In this document: piece after piece, positions 19,793-29,673 of the stretch | How positions within the stretch are numbered: position 1 is the first letter of the stretch | How the letters are laid out: each line of letters begins with the position of its first letter | Origin: an uncultured Bacilli bacterium | GTDB taxonomy: Bacteria; Bacillota_I; Bacilli_A; RF39; UBA660 | Reading direction: 5' to 3' | Assembly: GCA_944350495.1 (NCBI GenBank) | Contig: CALVOZ010000002.1 | Span: 9,421 to 73,420, forward strand | DNA length: 64,000 bases | Made by a program: the position numbers and the translations under genes | The notes under the pieces: model-generated | Seen by the model: only the letters and a program-made list of their open reading frames with translations | Database searches by the model: none | Told to the model about the DNA's origin: nothing

Positions 19793-20094
19793 CCCATTTC
19801 ATTAACCACCTCAGCTACTATGAAATATAATTCTATATAGCTTTTATCATTTTGAGCTTTCCATTCATCAATAAAATCATAAACGTTATTAATTGATGTG
19901 AATACAGACTTACCGTCTTCATATTCAGCAAATGACTTTATAAGCTCAGCTAATACTTTTGTATCTCCATCATTCAATCCATTAAAAATTAATTCATTTA
20001 AATTTTTTGTTTTTAACTTTTCAGTTAACTCTATTACCTTTCTAGTTCTTGGAACTAGTTTAAACTCTTTATCTTTCAAATTAAAGTTTATCAT
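19642..20094 (-). CDS. tail assembly chaperone G
   Basis: 150 aa ORF immediately upstream of the tape measure; contains slippery site T_TTT_TTC. Confidence 0.6.
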   Translation of the reverse strand: MINFNLKDKEFKLVPRTRKVIELTEKLKTKNLNELIFNGLNDGDTKVLAELIKSFAEYEDGKSVFTSINNVYDFIDEWKAQNDKSYIELYFIVAEVVNEMGFFKTIMSKEELSAQLKNPVSEINIQELARNAAQKMIDKMAEEEFKGYQG

Positions 20095-20131
20095 TCTTTT
20101 CCTCCTCTATGTATAAAAAAGAAAGGATTCC

Positions 20132-20584
20132 CTATTCGGTTGGGAATCCTTTTGTTTCTGATACTTTGCTACTCTTATAAATAGTTAAATTTTCTTTTAA
20201 CATATCATCAATTGCAATTGTATCTAGCCCGATATCGCAAGCTCCTGTGAAATTAAATACAATCGGATTACCGCTTTCTTTGGCTGTTTCATCCGGTAAT
20301 TTAACAAACCAATAAAATTCCTCATTACTGTCAGACTTTTCAATCAACATATCATGTTGTTCCTCTGTAAATAATAAAGGAATTGTTAAGGTTTCTGCTT
20401 TTCTATTTCCTTTAGCTTGTTGTTCCTCTTCTAAATCCAACGCATTATATGTGATTGCCTCTTTTGCACTTTTTAATGGCGGAATTTCTTGAACAAATGC
20501 AACTTGTGTTCTTTCACCTGTTAAAGTTTCTGCAACCCATAGAGTTGACAACGTACTTGTTTTAGGCGTTGCTCCTTGATTCAT
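20132..20584 (-). CDS. major tail protein
   Basis: 150 aa; directly upstream of the G/GT chaperone. Confidence 0.5.
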   Translation of the reverse strand: MNQGATPKTSTLSTLWVAETLTGERTQVAFVQEIPPLKSAKEAITYNALDLEEEQQAKGNRKAETLTIPLLFTEEQHDMLIEKSDSNEEFYWFVKLPDETAKESGNPIVFNFTGACDIGLDTIAIDDMLKENLTIYKSSKVSETKGFPTE

Positions 20585-20613
20585 ATTATCATCCTTTCTA
20601 AAATATATTTAAT

Positions 20614-21003
20614 TTATATAACTCTTTCAAACGAATTAATTAATCCATTATAATTGACTTCATATCTACCACCATATCGATGTTTTTTCGTTACTTCATC
20701 ATACATATCAACTGGTGTTCCCAACATAGCAAAATTATATTTTCTCAATTCATTATTTGTTTTTTGAAATAGATTCATTGATTCATATTTTGAATTGGTC
20801 CACCACTCAATAGTAATCGAAAATCGTGAATAAATAGGAAAATTATTTTCAGTTTTCTTTATCGATTGCATTACATTGCTTAATACCGCAATTGGGAACG
20901 TTTCATTGATGTCAGGATTAGATAATGTTATTTCACCTAACTTCAAATCTTCTACTTTTTGAGCAACAAATTGAGTAAATGTTGCAACATCTAATTCATG
21001 CAT
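20614..21003 (-). CDS. tail completion / tail terminator-like protein
   Basis: Gene order in the head-tail joining cluster. Confidence 0.4.
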   Translation of the reverse strand: MHELDVATFTQFVAQKVEDLKLGEITLSNPDINETFPIAVLSNVMQSIKKTENNFPIYSRFSITIEWWTNSKYESMNLFQKTNNELRKYNFAMLGTPVDMYDEVTKKHRYGGRYEVNYNGLINSFERVI

Positions 21004-21013
21004 CTTATCACCT

Positions 21014-21481
21014 CTATGACTTATCTATTGCTTCAACAATTTCTTTGGCAATAATTTCTTTGGCACTATCTTCTAATTCAAATGCAGTTGGCCTCATAAA
21101 TGGTTTTGGAGCTTGTGCAAACGCTAAATGCCATTCACCATCTTCTGATAAATCCGGCGGAATCCACCAATACTTCATATCACTCAAAAAGAATGTTTTT
21201 GTGTGTCCAATGTGTGGTAATGTTCCATCTGCCAATTTCCCGGTACCAAATTCAAGGAAAGCGCTATGCTTAAAATTAGTAAATAACTTGCCCTCTACAT
21301 ATTGACCTTTTTTCTCTATTTTGTACTGTATTAAGTCTTTATTCTTACTACCAACTTTGCTATTTAACGCAATACTTTGTCCATGCTCCATTACTTTTTC
21401 CATAGCATAAGGCAAGGCATTCTCAATAACTGAATAAATTTCTTTTTTTGTTTTATTTCTTCTAATAGTGCAATTATACAT
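21014..21481 (-). CDS. HK97 gp10-like head-tail joining protein
   Basis: Gene order and size. Confidence 0.35.
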   Translation of the reverse strand: MYNCTIRRNKTKKEIYSVIENALPYAMEKVMEHGQSIALNSKVGSKNKDLIQYKIEKKGQYVEGKLFTNFKHSAFLEFGTGKLADGTLPHIGHTKTFFLSDMKYWWIPPDLSEDGEWHLAFAQAPKPFMRPTAFELEDSAKEIIAKEIVEAIDKS

Positions 21482-21825
21482 TACTCACCATGATATATTT
21501 CGCATTGATAGGTTATTGCTTCGCCAACTTTAGTTTTAGAAACAACTTTATATTGTGGCGCTACTATAGCATACCCTTCTTCATCTATTTCTAATTTTTT
21601 AAAAGATATTCCATCATTTTTATTTAAATTAACATCATAGTCAATTCTAACTTTAATTTTGTCAAAGTCTATTAATCCTGCTGAATTAACATCCAATTCT
21701 CCTATATCTTGCTGAACATTCATTCTAATTTCACTTTTATATTTCCATTTTAGTGTAGTTTCACCGTAATGTTTTGTTGGGATATTTTCATACAAATAGC
21801 ATAAAGTTAAATTTTTCAATTTCAT
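21481..21825 (-). CDS. head closure / head-tail adaptor protein
   Basis: Gene order and size. Confidence 0.35.
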   Translation of the reverse strand: MKLKNLTLCYLYENIPTKHYGETTLKWKYKSEIRMNVQQDIGELDVNSAGLIDFDKIKVRIDYDVNLNKNDGISFKKLEIDEEGYAIVAPQYKVVSKTKVGEAITYQCEIYHGE

Positions 21826-22115
21826 CTAATAACCCTTTTTGACCTTACATCTCTAATCAATTTTTCTTCAATATCAATATAAGATGACGAAAGACCACCT
21901 TCATTGCTAGCTGTAGTGCCTTCATCACCTCTGCGAAGATATGCTTCTTTTACAGCTAAAAATATATACGGTTCTAACACTTTATCGTCTTTTTTCCTGT
22001 TGGAGGCATTTGAAGCAATCATAGAATAATGATCAATCATATTATTGATTACTACATCTTCCTTATCGTGATAATTGTCTGCTAAATCTTTTTTTAACAA
22101 ATCAATCATACTCAT
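21822..22115 (-). CDS. gp6-like head-tail connector protein
   Basis: About 100 aa following capsid genes. Confidence 0.4.
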   Translation of the reverse strand: MSMIDLLKKDLADNYHDKEDVVINNMIDHYSMIASNASNRKKDDKVLEPYIFLAVKEAYLRRGDEGTTASNEGGLSSSYIDIEEKLIRDVRSKRVIR

Positions 22116-22132
22116 ATTGACTTCCCCATTTC

Positions 22133-22294
22133 TTAACTATCTTCTTTCGAATTTAAATTTTTTTGATTTTCTTTTAACATAATCTTTTCTTTTTTTATCT
22201 CAATAAATTCCGGCTTTTTTAAAAAAGAATCAACTACTGATTGAGTTGATACATTATAAATTGCTCCAGTTTTTTTATGTTTAAATTTTCTCAT
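22133..22294 (-). CDS. small protein, paralog of 22305..22550 (MRKFK N-terminus)
   Basis: GGAGG RBS; N-terminus MRKFKHKKTGAIYNV versus MRKFKCIETGAILLV in the neighbour. Confidence 0.4.
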   Translation of the reverse strand: MRKFKHKKTGAIYNVSTQSVVDSFLKKPEFIEIKKEKIMLKENQKNLNSKEDS

Positions 22295-22304
22295 ATTTTC
22301 CTCC

Positions 22305-22550
22305 TTACTCCTCTGGAATTAGGGCTAGTAAATCATCTCTTTTCATATCTTCACTAGCTTCAATATCGAAATCTTTTAAATAAGCCACTAACTCTTTTTT
22401 GCTCATAGTTTTAACAGTCCTTTTTTGTAAAGAACTATCAACTTTTTCTTTTATTTCCTCATACTTATCGTTTTTAATAAGCTGTTTAATAGTAAATTTA
22501 TTATCGACTAAAAGAATAGCGCCTGTTTCAATACATTTAAATTTTCTCAT
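22305..22550 (-). CDS. small phage protein with HeH/Rho-N-like C-terminal motif
   Basis: SKKELVAYLKDFDIEASEDMKRDDLLALI resembles an HeH/SAP-like helix-extension-helix motif. Confidence 0.4.
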   Translation of the reverse strand: MRKFKCIETGAILLVDNKFTIKQLIKNDKYEEIKEKVDSSLQKRTVKTMSKKELVAYLKDFDIEASEDMKRDDLLALIPEE

Positions 22551-22572
22551 ATTTTATCTTCCTTTCATCTTT

Positions 22573-23559
22573 TTATTTAGTAGAACTTTCTCTTGTATAA
22601 TATGTTTCTGATTCATCAAATTCTTCCTCAGCTGGAACTTGAATATATTCTCCCATACTATAAGTATAATAGGTTGTTTCAGGTACGAACGCTTCAATTT
22701 CTGCCTCAGTATAAATATAATCGCAATCATATAAGATAAGTTCTGGTACTAATGCTTCTCCACCAGAGTAAGCAAATAATTCAAGTGCAATAGCGTCATC
22801 AAATGGTACCTTTTCAGCGTCATATTCACTTAAATAATTAGGTAATGCTACTGCTTCTTCCTTTAACATAATCATTGCTGGTACATCGCTAGGCATACGA
22901 TTTGATTCATAGGTAATTACTGATTGATACATACCAATTGCTCCATTTGATGGTACAGTTCCATTTGGTAAACTATCTAAATAATCCTTTAAATCAGTTT
23001 TATAAGTTGTATTAACTACTAAAGCTAACGCTTCTTCGTCTACTCCATCAATGAAATCATTTTTAGTTACTTTTGCCGTACTAATCAATCTATCAACAAT
23101 TTTCTTAGTAGTATCTCCTGTAACTCTAGCTACTTGAATACCAGCGTCACGGGCAATTCTAAAGAATTTTCTATCAAAATATGTTTTGATTACATCTTTT
23201 GCATTTTTACTTCTTCGATTTGCCATTCCATCGATACCATATAACTTAATATCTTTTTCTTGTAATTCTTCGATAATTTCTTTGTCATCATCAATTTTTA
23301 CAACAATAGGTTTAGCCTTTACTGAATTTCCTTTACCTTGCGCTCTAGCTGTACCTTTATCTTGCAACTTTGCATTTGCGAATCTCTTGTACTCTACACT
23401 ACCAGTGGTTGGATCTCCACTACCATTTTTAGCCTTTAAGGCTTCACTTACACAACCAGATTGAATATTTTCAATAACTCCATCTAGTGTTTCTGCTAAA
23501 TTATCCATAACTTCTGGTGTTAGATAATCTGCAATATTTAATGAACTTTGTCTAGCCAT
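22573..23559 (-). CDS. major capsid protein
   Basis: 328 aa directly downstream of the scaffold protein. Confidence 0.55.
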   Translation of the reverse strand: MARQSSLNIADYLTPEVMDNLAETLDGVIENIQSGCVSEALKAKNGSGDPTTGSVEYKRFANAKLQDKGTARAQGKGNSVKAKPIVVKIDDDKEIIEELQEKDIKLYGIDGMANRRSKNAKDVIKTYFDRKFFRIARDAGIQVARVTGDTTKKIVDRLISTAKVTKNDFIDGVDEEALALVVNTTYKTDLKDYLDSLPNGTVPSNGAIGMYQSVITYESNRMPSDVPAMIMLKEEAVALPNYLSEYDAEKVPFDDAIALELFAYSGGEALVPELILYDCDYIYTEAEIEAFVPETTYYTYSMGEYIQVPAEEEFDESETYYTRESSTK

Positions 23560-23598
23560 TTAAAATCACTCTCCTTTTATTTCTTAACATTTTGGCTA

Positions 23599-24174
23599 CT
23601 AAATACTAACTCTTGATTGCCTTTCAGTTTTAGACTGAATATTAGAGTTAACAGTTCTAGGAGTAGTTTCTTTTAATCTCTTATTGACTTCGTTTTCAAC
23701 AGCGCTATCAAAAATTTTCTTTATATTTTTAATAGTTGGTTCTACCTGTTCAGCTTTAATATTTCTAAAATCAATAAGACTTAATAAAGAAACATCCACC
23801 TGAGTTTCAGGATTATTAGCCATTTTTATTGCTTCTTCTTTTAACTCATAAGCATTTAATCTAGCCTCGGCTTCCTCCTGTTTTTTACGAGCTTGTTCTA
23901 ACTCGTAGGCTGTTCTTTCATCTTCTTTCATCTTAGCTAATTTCTCAGCCTCACTTTGTTTTTCTTTAGCTTCAGCTTCCCATTTAGCTCTTGCTGTCTC
24001 TAAAGATTTCTGAACTTTCTTATCAAATTCGCTTTGATAATTTGATTCTTTTAACATTTCGTCAAAAGTTTTAGGTGTTTCTACACCTTTATTTTGGTTT
24101 TGTTGATTATTGTTCTCAACTCCACCAATGTTGTTATTTGTGTCCATTCTTATTCCTCCTTTGCCCCAAGCCAT
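23599..24174 (-). CDS. scaffolding protein
   Basis: Highly charged coiled-coil (EAEAKEKQSEAEKLAKMKEDERTAYELEQARKKQEEAEARL); upstream of capsid. Confidence 0.6.
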   Translation of the reverse strand: MAWGKGGIRMDTNNNIGGVENNNQQNQNKGVETPKTFDEMLKESNYQSEFDKKVQKSLETARAKWEAEAKEKQSEAEKLAKMKEDERTAYELEQARKKQEEAEARLNAYELKEEAIKMANNPETQVDVSLLSLIDFRNIKAEQVEPTIKNIKKIFDSAVENEVNKRLKETTPRTVNSNIQSKTERQSRVSI

Positions 24175-24464
24175 TTACAATAAATTGTCCCCAGCTCATT
24201 GCTCATACACAAACTTTTCATTTGTTTTTCCCTACAAACGATAAAAGGGCATTAAAAAAAGGAATGTAGCTATCATCCCTCTTAATAATCGTTAATTTAG
24301 TGCTATTTATAAGCACTGTACTGACGATATGTACCATGTTATTATTTGTTATTTCAAAGTGTCATTTCTCACTTTTATACTCTAACACGTTTTGACTGAC
24401 GTCACCTGTCCCTATCTCTTCATATCATCAGTACACTACCTATAAAGTAGTGTAAAAAAAGACA

Positions 24465-24671
24465 CTAGCTTTTTCTTCTAGTATCTTCTTCTTTTTTGGC
24501 TTTTTCGTCAATAAATTTTCTGAACTCTTCAATTTTTTTCTTCTCATCTTCCGTTGGTTTTACTTTCGTTTTTAATACTTTTACATCCTGATAATGTAAC
24601 CATTTATCACTTGTAAAAGGTTTCTGTTTATTATTCATCATACTCCTCCAATAAAAAGTAATGCTTGCCAT
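24465..24671 (-). CDS. small basic hypothetical phage protein
   Basis: ORF only. Confidence 0.3.
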   Translation of the reverse strand: MASITFYWRSMMNNKQKPFTSDKWLHYQDVKVLKTKVKPTEDEKKKIEEFRKFIDEKAKKEEDTRRKS

Positions 24672-26106
24672 TTTTAGTATAATAATCTCTTGTTATAAAC
24701 TTTTTTCCATATTGATATAATACCTCAACATTTCCATCAACTGTGTTATATTCTAGCATATTTCTAGCCTTTTTACTACCTAAGATATAAAAATATACAT
24801 TAGGATTATCGTGATAACCATCTTTTATAGAATAAGCTTCATAGGACAAAGATTTATATATTTTATCTACTGGGTGTTGTTTAATTATTTTTTTGATATC
24901 ATCTTCATCATCTATCATTAAAGTTCTGACAATATATTGGTCGTCTTTTGCCTTATAATAAGGAACTTTATTAAGAGCTCTATATAAATCCTTAACCATT
25001 CTTTTTTCCTCTTTTGTTAATTTTTCTCCTCTATACATTTTTCTGTTGATATCATAAAAATCAAAACTTTCCCACCTTTGTATTGCGTCCTTTTCTCTAT
25101 TAGTCATTAGGTTCTTATTTAATTCATCTCTTGGCATATCTACTAAATACGTTATAGTGCTTCGACAATAATGAAAATGGTTATTGATTGGTGGTAAATT
25201 AACACCTGATTTCAATCCCTTTACTGTATAAAAAACATTCTTCCCATCACTAGCACTATATCTATAAAATCTATTCCAATCATTGACATTAAACAACATA
25301 TTGTTCATACTCAAACACATATCAGTTGTTCTTTCATCAACTTCGGCTATAAATCTAACTTGTAATTGTTTATTACCAATATCTTCACCAGCTTTTAATA
25401 AAGAATGATTAGCTATTTCTATAACTTGACTATCTAAAGCTCCACTTGTTTTATCGCCATTTATGGAAATATATCTATTTTGTTGTTTTCTTATTATGTT
25501 TTGAAATACACTATCTTCAACATTAGGCTTTTTATTTTGTTGTAATTGAATAGTAGCTTGTCTTTCTATTTCTTGAGCATTAGTTAAAGCTAATGTTTCA
25601 ACATAAGTGACCCAACTACTACCTTTTACATTAGGCAAGTACAACAGCGACCATATATATTCCCAAGTTAAACTCCATTTTTTTTCTTTAATAGGCTTTA
25701 TTTCTTCAATACCTTGTTTATATAAGTCTTGTCCTATTTCTGTAAATAAAATTTGCTCATATTCATCTAACTGGTTTCTTTCTTTGATATAAACTCCCCA
25801 CAATAATATATCTAACATTTCTTGATTAGTAATATATCTTTTTTTTATCAATTCGTTAATTTTATATTCAAAATATCCATTCAATAGATTAGCTTCTTCC
25901 CATTCATCTATAATCCTATATAATTTTTTTCTTTGACTATTAGATATAGGCTTACTTAAATCAGTATATTCAAAATCTATACTATTGAATATGTCTTGGA
26001 TATTATCTTGAGTTCGTGAGTTTATCTTTTTATAAATTTTAAGATAATCTCTTAATTTCATATCAGTATAACGCCAACGATTATCTAGTATAGTGTCATT
26101 ATTCAT
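24631..26106 (-). CDS. head morphogenesis protein (SPP1 gp7 / Mu F-like) with C-terminal ADP-ribosyltransferase-like domain
   Basis: Mu-F block ERTTDMCLSMNN...LPPINNHFHYCRS; C-terminal 170 aa with YRG and NVEVLYQYGKKF resembling the ART ExE/QxE region. Confidence 0.6.
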   Translation of the reverse strand: MNNDTILDNRWRYTDMKLRDYLKIYKKINSRTQDNIQDIFNSIDFEYTDLSKPISNSQRKKLYRIIDEWEEANLLNGYFEYKINELIKKRYITNQEMLDILLWGVYIKERNQLDEYEQILFTEIGQDLYKQGIEEIKPIKEKKWSLTWEYIWSLLYLPNVKGSSWVTYVETLALTNAQEIERQATIQLQQNKKPNVEDSVFQNIIRKQQNRYISINGDKTSGALDSQVIEIANHSLLKAGEDIGNKQLQVRFIAEVDERTTDMCLSMNNMLFNVNDWNRFYRYSASDGKNVFYTVKGLKSGVNLPPINNHFHYCRSTITYLVDMPRDELNKNLMTNREKDAIQRWESFDFYDINRKMYRGEKLTKEEKRMVKDLYRALNKVPYYKAKDDQYIVRTLMIDDEDDIKKIIKQHPVDKIYKSLSYEAYSIKDGYHDNPNVYFYILGSKKARNMLEYNTVDGNVEVLYQYGKKFITRDYYTKNGKHYFLLEEYDE

Positions 26107-26117
26107 TTACAACACCT

Positions 26118-27707
26118 CTACTTTTTTTCGGGATTAACACTCATATTTGCGTCTTGTTTATTGTTAGACGCATTTTCCTGATTATTTGCGTCTTCTTCAT
26201 CTTTTTTATTTTCTAAATTCTTCGCGCCAGCTCCATCTTTGCCAAACGATTCAATTTTTTTCATATTCTCTTCTAAATTTTCTTCACTCTGGGTTTTCAT
26301 TTTTTCTATTTCACTTTGAGCGTCTAATTCATCTGGCAACAGATTGATAACTGTATCATCACACACTAGTCCTCTAAGTGATAAAGCTCTAGTTGTTTCA
26401 GCTTGTTTATCGGTTGGCATATTTCTTTGCAACTTTATTTTTAAATTTCTAAAATCATAATTAGTTCCTTTTTTCAAATTGATTCTAGTAGTAAATGCTT
26501 CCCACATAGCTAATAGTTCTTTCTTTACTGATTTATCTAAATAAGTAATAGATTGTTCAAGGGGAAAGAATTTCTTTTCTAGTGCCGAACTATTATCTGC
26601 GTTAGTGAATCCTAAGTCATTCACATTTGGACAACAGCTTATCATAAAGATCAAATCAATAAGTGTTTTCTTATAATTTTCTAAAGCACCATCATTGACA
26701 TTTTTTTCAACCCATTCTATTTTTCCACCCTCACCAGCATAGAATACAGGTGCTTGTAGAACAAGTTCATCTTCTTTTTTTCTTTTCTCGTTAGGAATCC
26801 ATACTATATTTCCATCGTCATCATATACAATATCACCTTTATCATCTCTTTTTTCTACGAGAGTATCTTCCTTAGGTTCATAACCAGTTACCATCAACTT
26901 GGCATCATCGTTATACTGAAAGGTATTACTTGAGTTTTTAATAACTCTTTCGTATTTAGCTATACTTGGTTTTGCTAATTCAAAACATGCTAACCCATCA
27001 GGATTTTCAATTGCGATACATGGAACGCAACCCCAGCTAATTTTTTCTCTTGACTCTTCATCTTCTTTAAAATCATCACCTTGAAGTTTACTATTTTTAA
27101 AATAATATTTATATTCATCAGTAGTAACTACCACCATATCAAACTTTTCACTTTTTTCATCAGTTTCTTCCCAAGCTCTTAATAAGCCTATTTTTTTCAC
27201 AGGTGTTGAATAATCATAAATAGCTATCGTTTGTCTAGGATCAACATTGGCATATACTATTTCATTGTCCTCGTTTTCGTACCATATACCATAACCAGCC
27301 GACATATCATTGTAATCTTGAATAAGTTTGTAAAAGAAAAAGGAATCATCATTATAATTCCTTATGTAATCAATAAAAACTTGATATTCTTTTCTATCAT
27401 TGTCTTTTTTATTAAATATTTTATTAAATAATTTAGTTAATATTTTTTGCTTTTCTTCGGTAGGCATTTCTTCTACTTGATAAATTGGAGCTTTACCACC
27501 TACATACCCATTTATCATATTAGAAATAGCAAACTCAAAAGCTATTTTTGTTTCTTCATCATTTTCTGCAACTAAACTCGATGTGCTATTCTTTCTAACT
27601 TTCATTTTATATAATTTTTTTCTTTTATTCCACTCTGGTTTAGCGTCCTCTAATATTTGATGAATATTTTTAGCATTAGTAATATATTCTTTATTATATT
27701 GTAGCAT
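26118..27707 (-). CDS. portal protein
   Basis: 529 aa between large terminase and head-morphogenesis gene; acidic C-terminus. Confidence 0.7.
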   Translation of the reverse strand: MLQYNKEYITNAKNIHQILEDAKPEWNKRKKLYKMKVRKNSTSSLVAENDEETKIAFEFAISNMINGYVGGKAPIYQVEEMPTEEKQKILTKLFNKIFNKKDNDRKEYQVFIDYIRNYNDDSFFFYKLIQDYNDMSAGYGIWYENEDNEIVYANVDPRQTIAIYDYSTPVKKIGLLRAWEETDEKSEKFDMVVVTTDEYKYYFKNSKLQGDDFKEDEESREKISWGCVPCIAIENPDGLACFELAKPSIAKYERVIKNSSNTFQYNDDAKLMVTGYEPKEDTLVEKRDDKGDIVYDDDGNIVWIPNEKRKKEDELVLQAPVFYAGEGGKIEWVEKNVNDGALENYKKTLIDLIFMISCCPNVNDLGFTNADNSSALEKKFFPLEQSITYLDKSVKKELLAMWEAFTTRINLKKGTNYDFRNLKIKLQRNMPTDKQAETTRALSLRGLVCDDTVINLLPDELDAQSEIEKMKTQSEENLEENMKKIESFGKDGAGAKNLENKKDEEDANNQENASNNKQDANMSVNPEKK

Positions 27708-27721
27708 AATTCATTCCTCCT

Positions 27722-29104
27722 TTACGCTGGTTTAGTGCTACCAAAAGATGGTCTTTTTTCTCCTACAGTTTTATCATAAATACCAGCCAATACATCAGGT
27801 CCGTCATCGTGAGCATTTTTTCCTTTCTTTTGGTATCTTGTTATATGTTTATAAAACTCTTTCCATCTATTAGCCCAATTAAACGGGAAGTAAATATGTT
27901 CCATAACCCAGTGAGAACTAGATAATATTCTAGCTTGTTTATTTGCTGATTGCGTAAATGTTTTAATAACAACTCTATTGGTCTTATATTTTTCTTTTAA
28001 TATTCTTTGAACATTCCTAGCAAATCCTCGACCTCCATTGTTAGATTCAATATATGCTAAATTAACATTGTTTCTATATAACATATCAGCACATTCCTCT
28101 TCGGTTATTTCCATACCCTCATCAGTAAATAAGACATCTAGTATATATGGCTCTTTATTTAATAATCCATAAACAGCTCCACACAAAAAGTCATCTCCAG
28201 TATCGGCTGTATCTATATAGGCATAGACAGTGCCAAATCCAGGGCTGACTTGATATGTTTTGAGATTCTTATATAATCTTCCTTTTTCATCTACACATAC
28301 TTGATTATAATTAGCTTCAACTATGTCTTTGTTCATCTCTTGAGTTTTAAATTCAAACTCTTCTTTGTTTAATACTTCTTCACATAACATAGAGCCGTCA
28401 TCTTGAATAGCTTTATAATTTATGTGAATTACATTACCATCATATCTATCTAATATGAATCCAGCTAAATCATTAGTAGCCCATCTAGTCATAACTATTA
28501 TTATCTTAAACCCTGTTTCAGTTCTTGATAACATAGTGTTAGTAAACCAATTTTGATGTTCTTCTAATAAAATCTCATTGTAAGCTTCTTTATCAGTTTT
28601 GATTAAATCATCTATTATCATTAAATTACAACCAAATCCTGTAGCTGTACCTTTAGGAGAAGTTGCTAAATAATTAGCTTCTTCATTATCATCTAATGCC
28701 CACTTTTTCATAGAAGCTTCGCCATATTTTATTTTCACATTAGGAAATACTTTATTAAATATTCCGTCCTCTTCCATAATGGCGTCCCTAACTGCCTTAG
28801 CAAAAGTTCCTGATAGTATTTCATTATAACTACCTGTCATTATCTTATAATGTGAATCTCTACCTAAACACCATTGAACAAATAATGTAAGAGTTCTACT
28901 TTTTCCATGTCTAGGGGGCATATTGACTACTAATACCTTTTTAGAAGAATCTAAAAAAGTCTGTAATTCATTACAGAACTCTTTTAAATATGTCTTACTT
29001 TCTTTATAAAAGTCAGGAGCTTTTAGTTTACAGTATTCCCAAAAGTTACGCCTAGCTAATTCATATCTTGCCTGTTCTCTTACATACTCAGGTATAATCA
29101 TCAC
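27722..29104 (-). CDS. terminase large subunit
   Basis: Walker A-like MPPRHGKS; 460 aa; follows the small subunit. Confidence 0.8.
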   Translation of the reverse strand: MMIIPEYVREQARYELARRNFWEYCKLKAPDFYKESKTYLKEFCNELQTFLDSSKKVLVVNMPPRHGKSRTLTLFVQWCLGRDSHYKIMTGSYNEILSGTFAKAVRDAIMEEDGIFNKVFPNVKIKYGEASMKKWALDDNEEANYLATSPKGTATGFGCNLMIIDDLIKTDKEAYNEILLEEHQNWFTNTMLSRTETGFKIIIVMTRWATNDLAGFILDRYDGNVIHINYKAIQDDGSMLCEEVLNKEEFEFKTQEMNKDIVEANYNQVCVDEKGRLYKNLKTYQVSPGFGTVYAYIDTADTGDDFLCGAVYGLLNKEPYILDVLFTDEGMEITEEECADMLYRNNVNLAYIESNNGGRGFARNVQRILKEKYKTNRVVIKTFTQSANKQARILSSSHWVMEHIYFPFNWANRWKEFYKHITRYQKKGKNAHDDGPDVLAGIYDKTVGEKRPSFGSTKPA

Positions 29105-29667
29105 TAATCACCAATTAATTTTCTTAATTCTTCCTCACTTAAATTGGCGTATGGATTAACTATGTTATTATTTATCGTAGGAGCTTCATCTTTAAACATA
29201 CCTAGATATTTACCTAATAATTCTAAAGCTTTCATTTTATCATATGTTTCTACATTAACACCAGCAGTACTTTTTTTATAACCAGCTATTATCTTTTTCG
29301 CATCAACGCTAAGATTATCAGTAGGAGTTATATCTGTTATACAATAACGTGTTTCCTGACCAGTTATTTCATCTTTCGTAATTTTTTCTCTATATCTAAC
29401 AATTTCAGTTCTATCAGCAAAAGCTATAACAGATAATTCATTAACTATATCTTCAATAGTAACTACAGCTTTTTCTTCTATTTTATGTTGTAAATCTTTT
29501 ATATAATCTTGTACGTTAGCATTTGTTAGCAGTCTGCTAGCATTAGTTCGTGCTGTAGTTTCTTTCTTAACACTCTTGTATACATTTAAGTAAGCTTGTG
29601 TTCCATTCATACCTAATTTTAGATATTCTTGACAAAATAACTTTTGTTGATTACTTAGTGATTTCAT
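29104..29667 (-). CDS. terminase small subunit
   Basis: N-terminus LSNQQKLFCQEYLKLGMNGTQAYLNV typical of the Terminase_2 family. Confidence 0.75.
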   Translation of the reverse strand: MKSLSNQQKLFCQEYLKLGMNGTQAYLNVYKSVKKETTARTNASRLLTNANVQDYIKDLQHKIEEKAVVTIEDIVNELSVIAFADRTEIVRYREKITKDEITGQETRYCITDITPTDNLSVDAKKIIAGYKKSTAGVNVETYDKMKALELLGKYLGMFKDEAPTINNNIVNPYANLSEEELRKLIGD

Positions 29668-29673
29668 TATTCA

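Noticed and set aside
24075-24269. 64-aa plus-strand ORF in the head-cluster spacer
   Set aside because: No RBS, Cys/Leu-rich nonsense-like translation; the spacer is better treated as non-coding.
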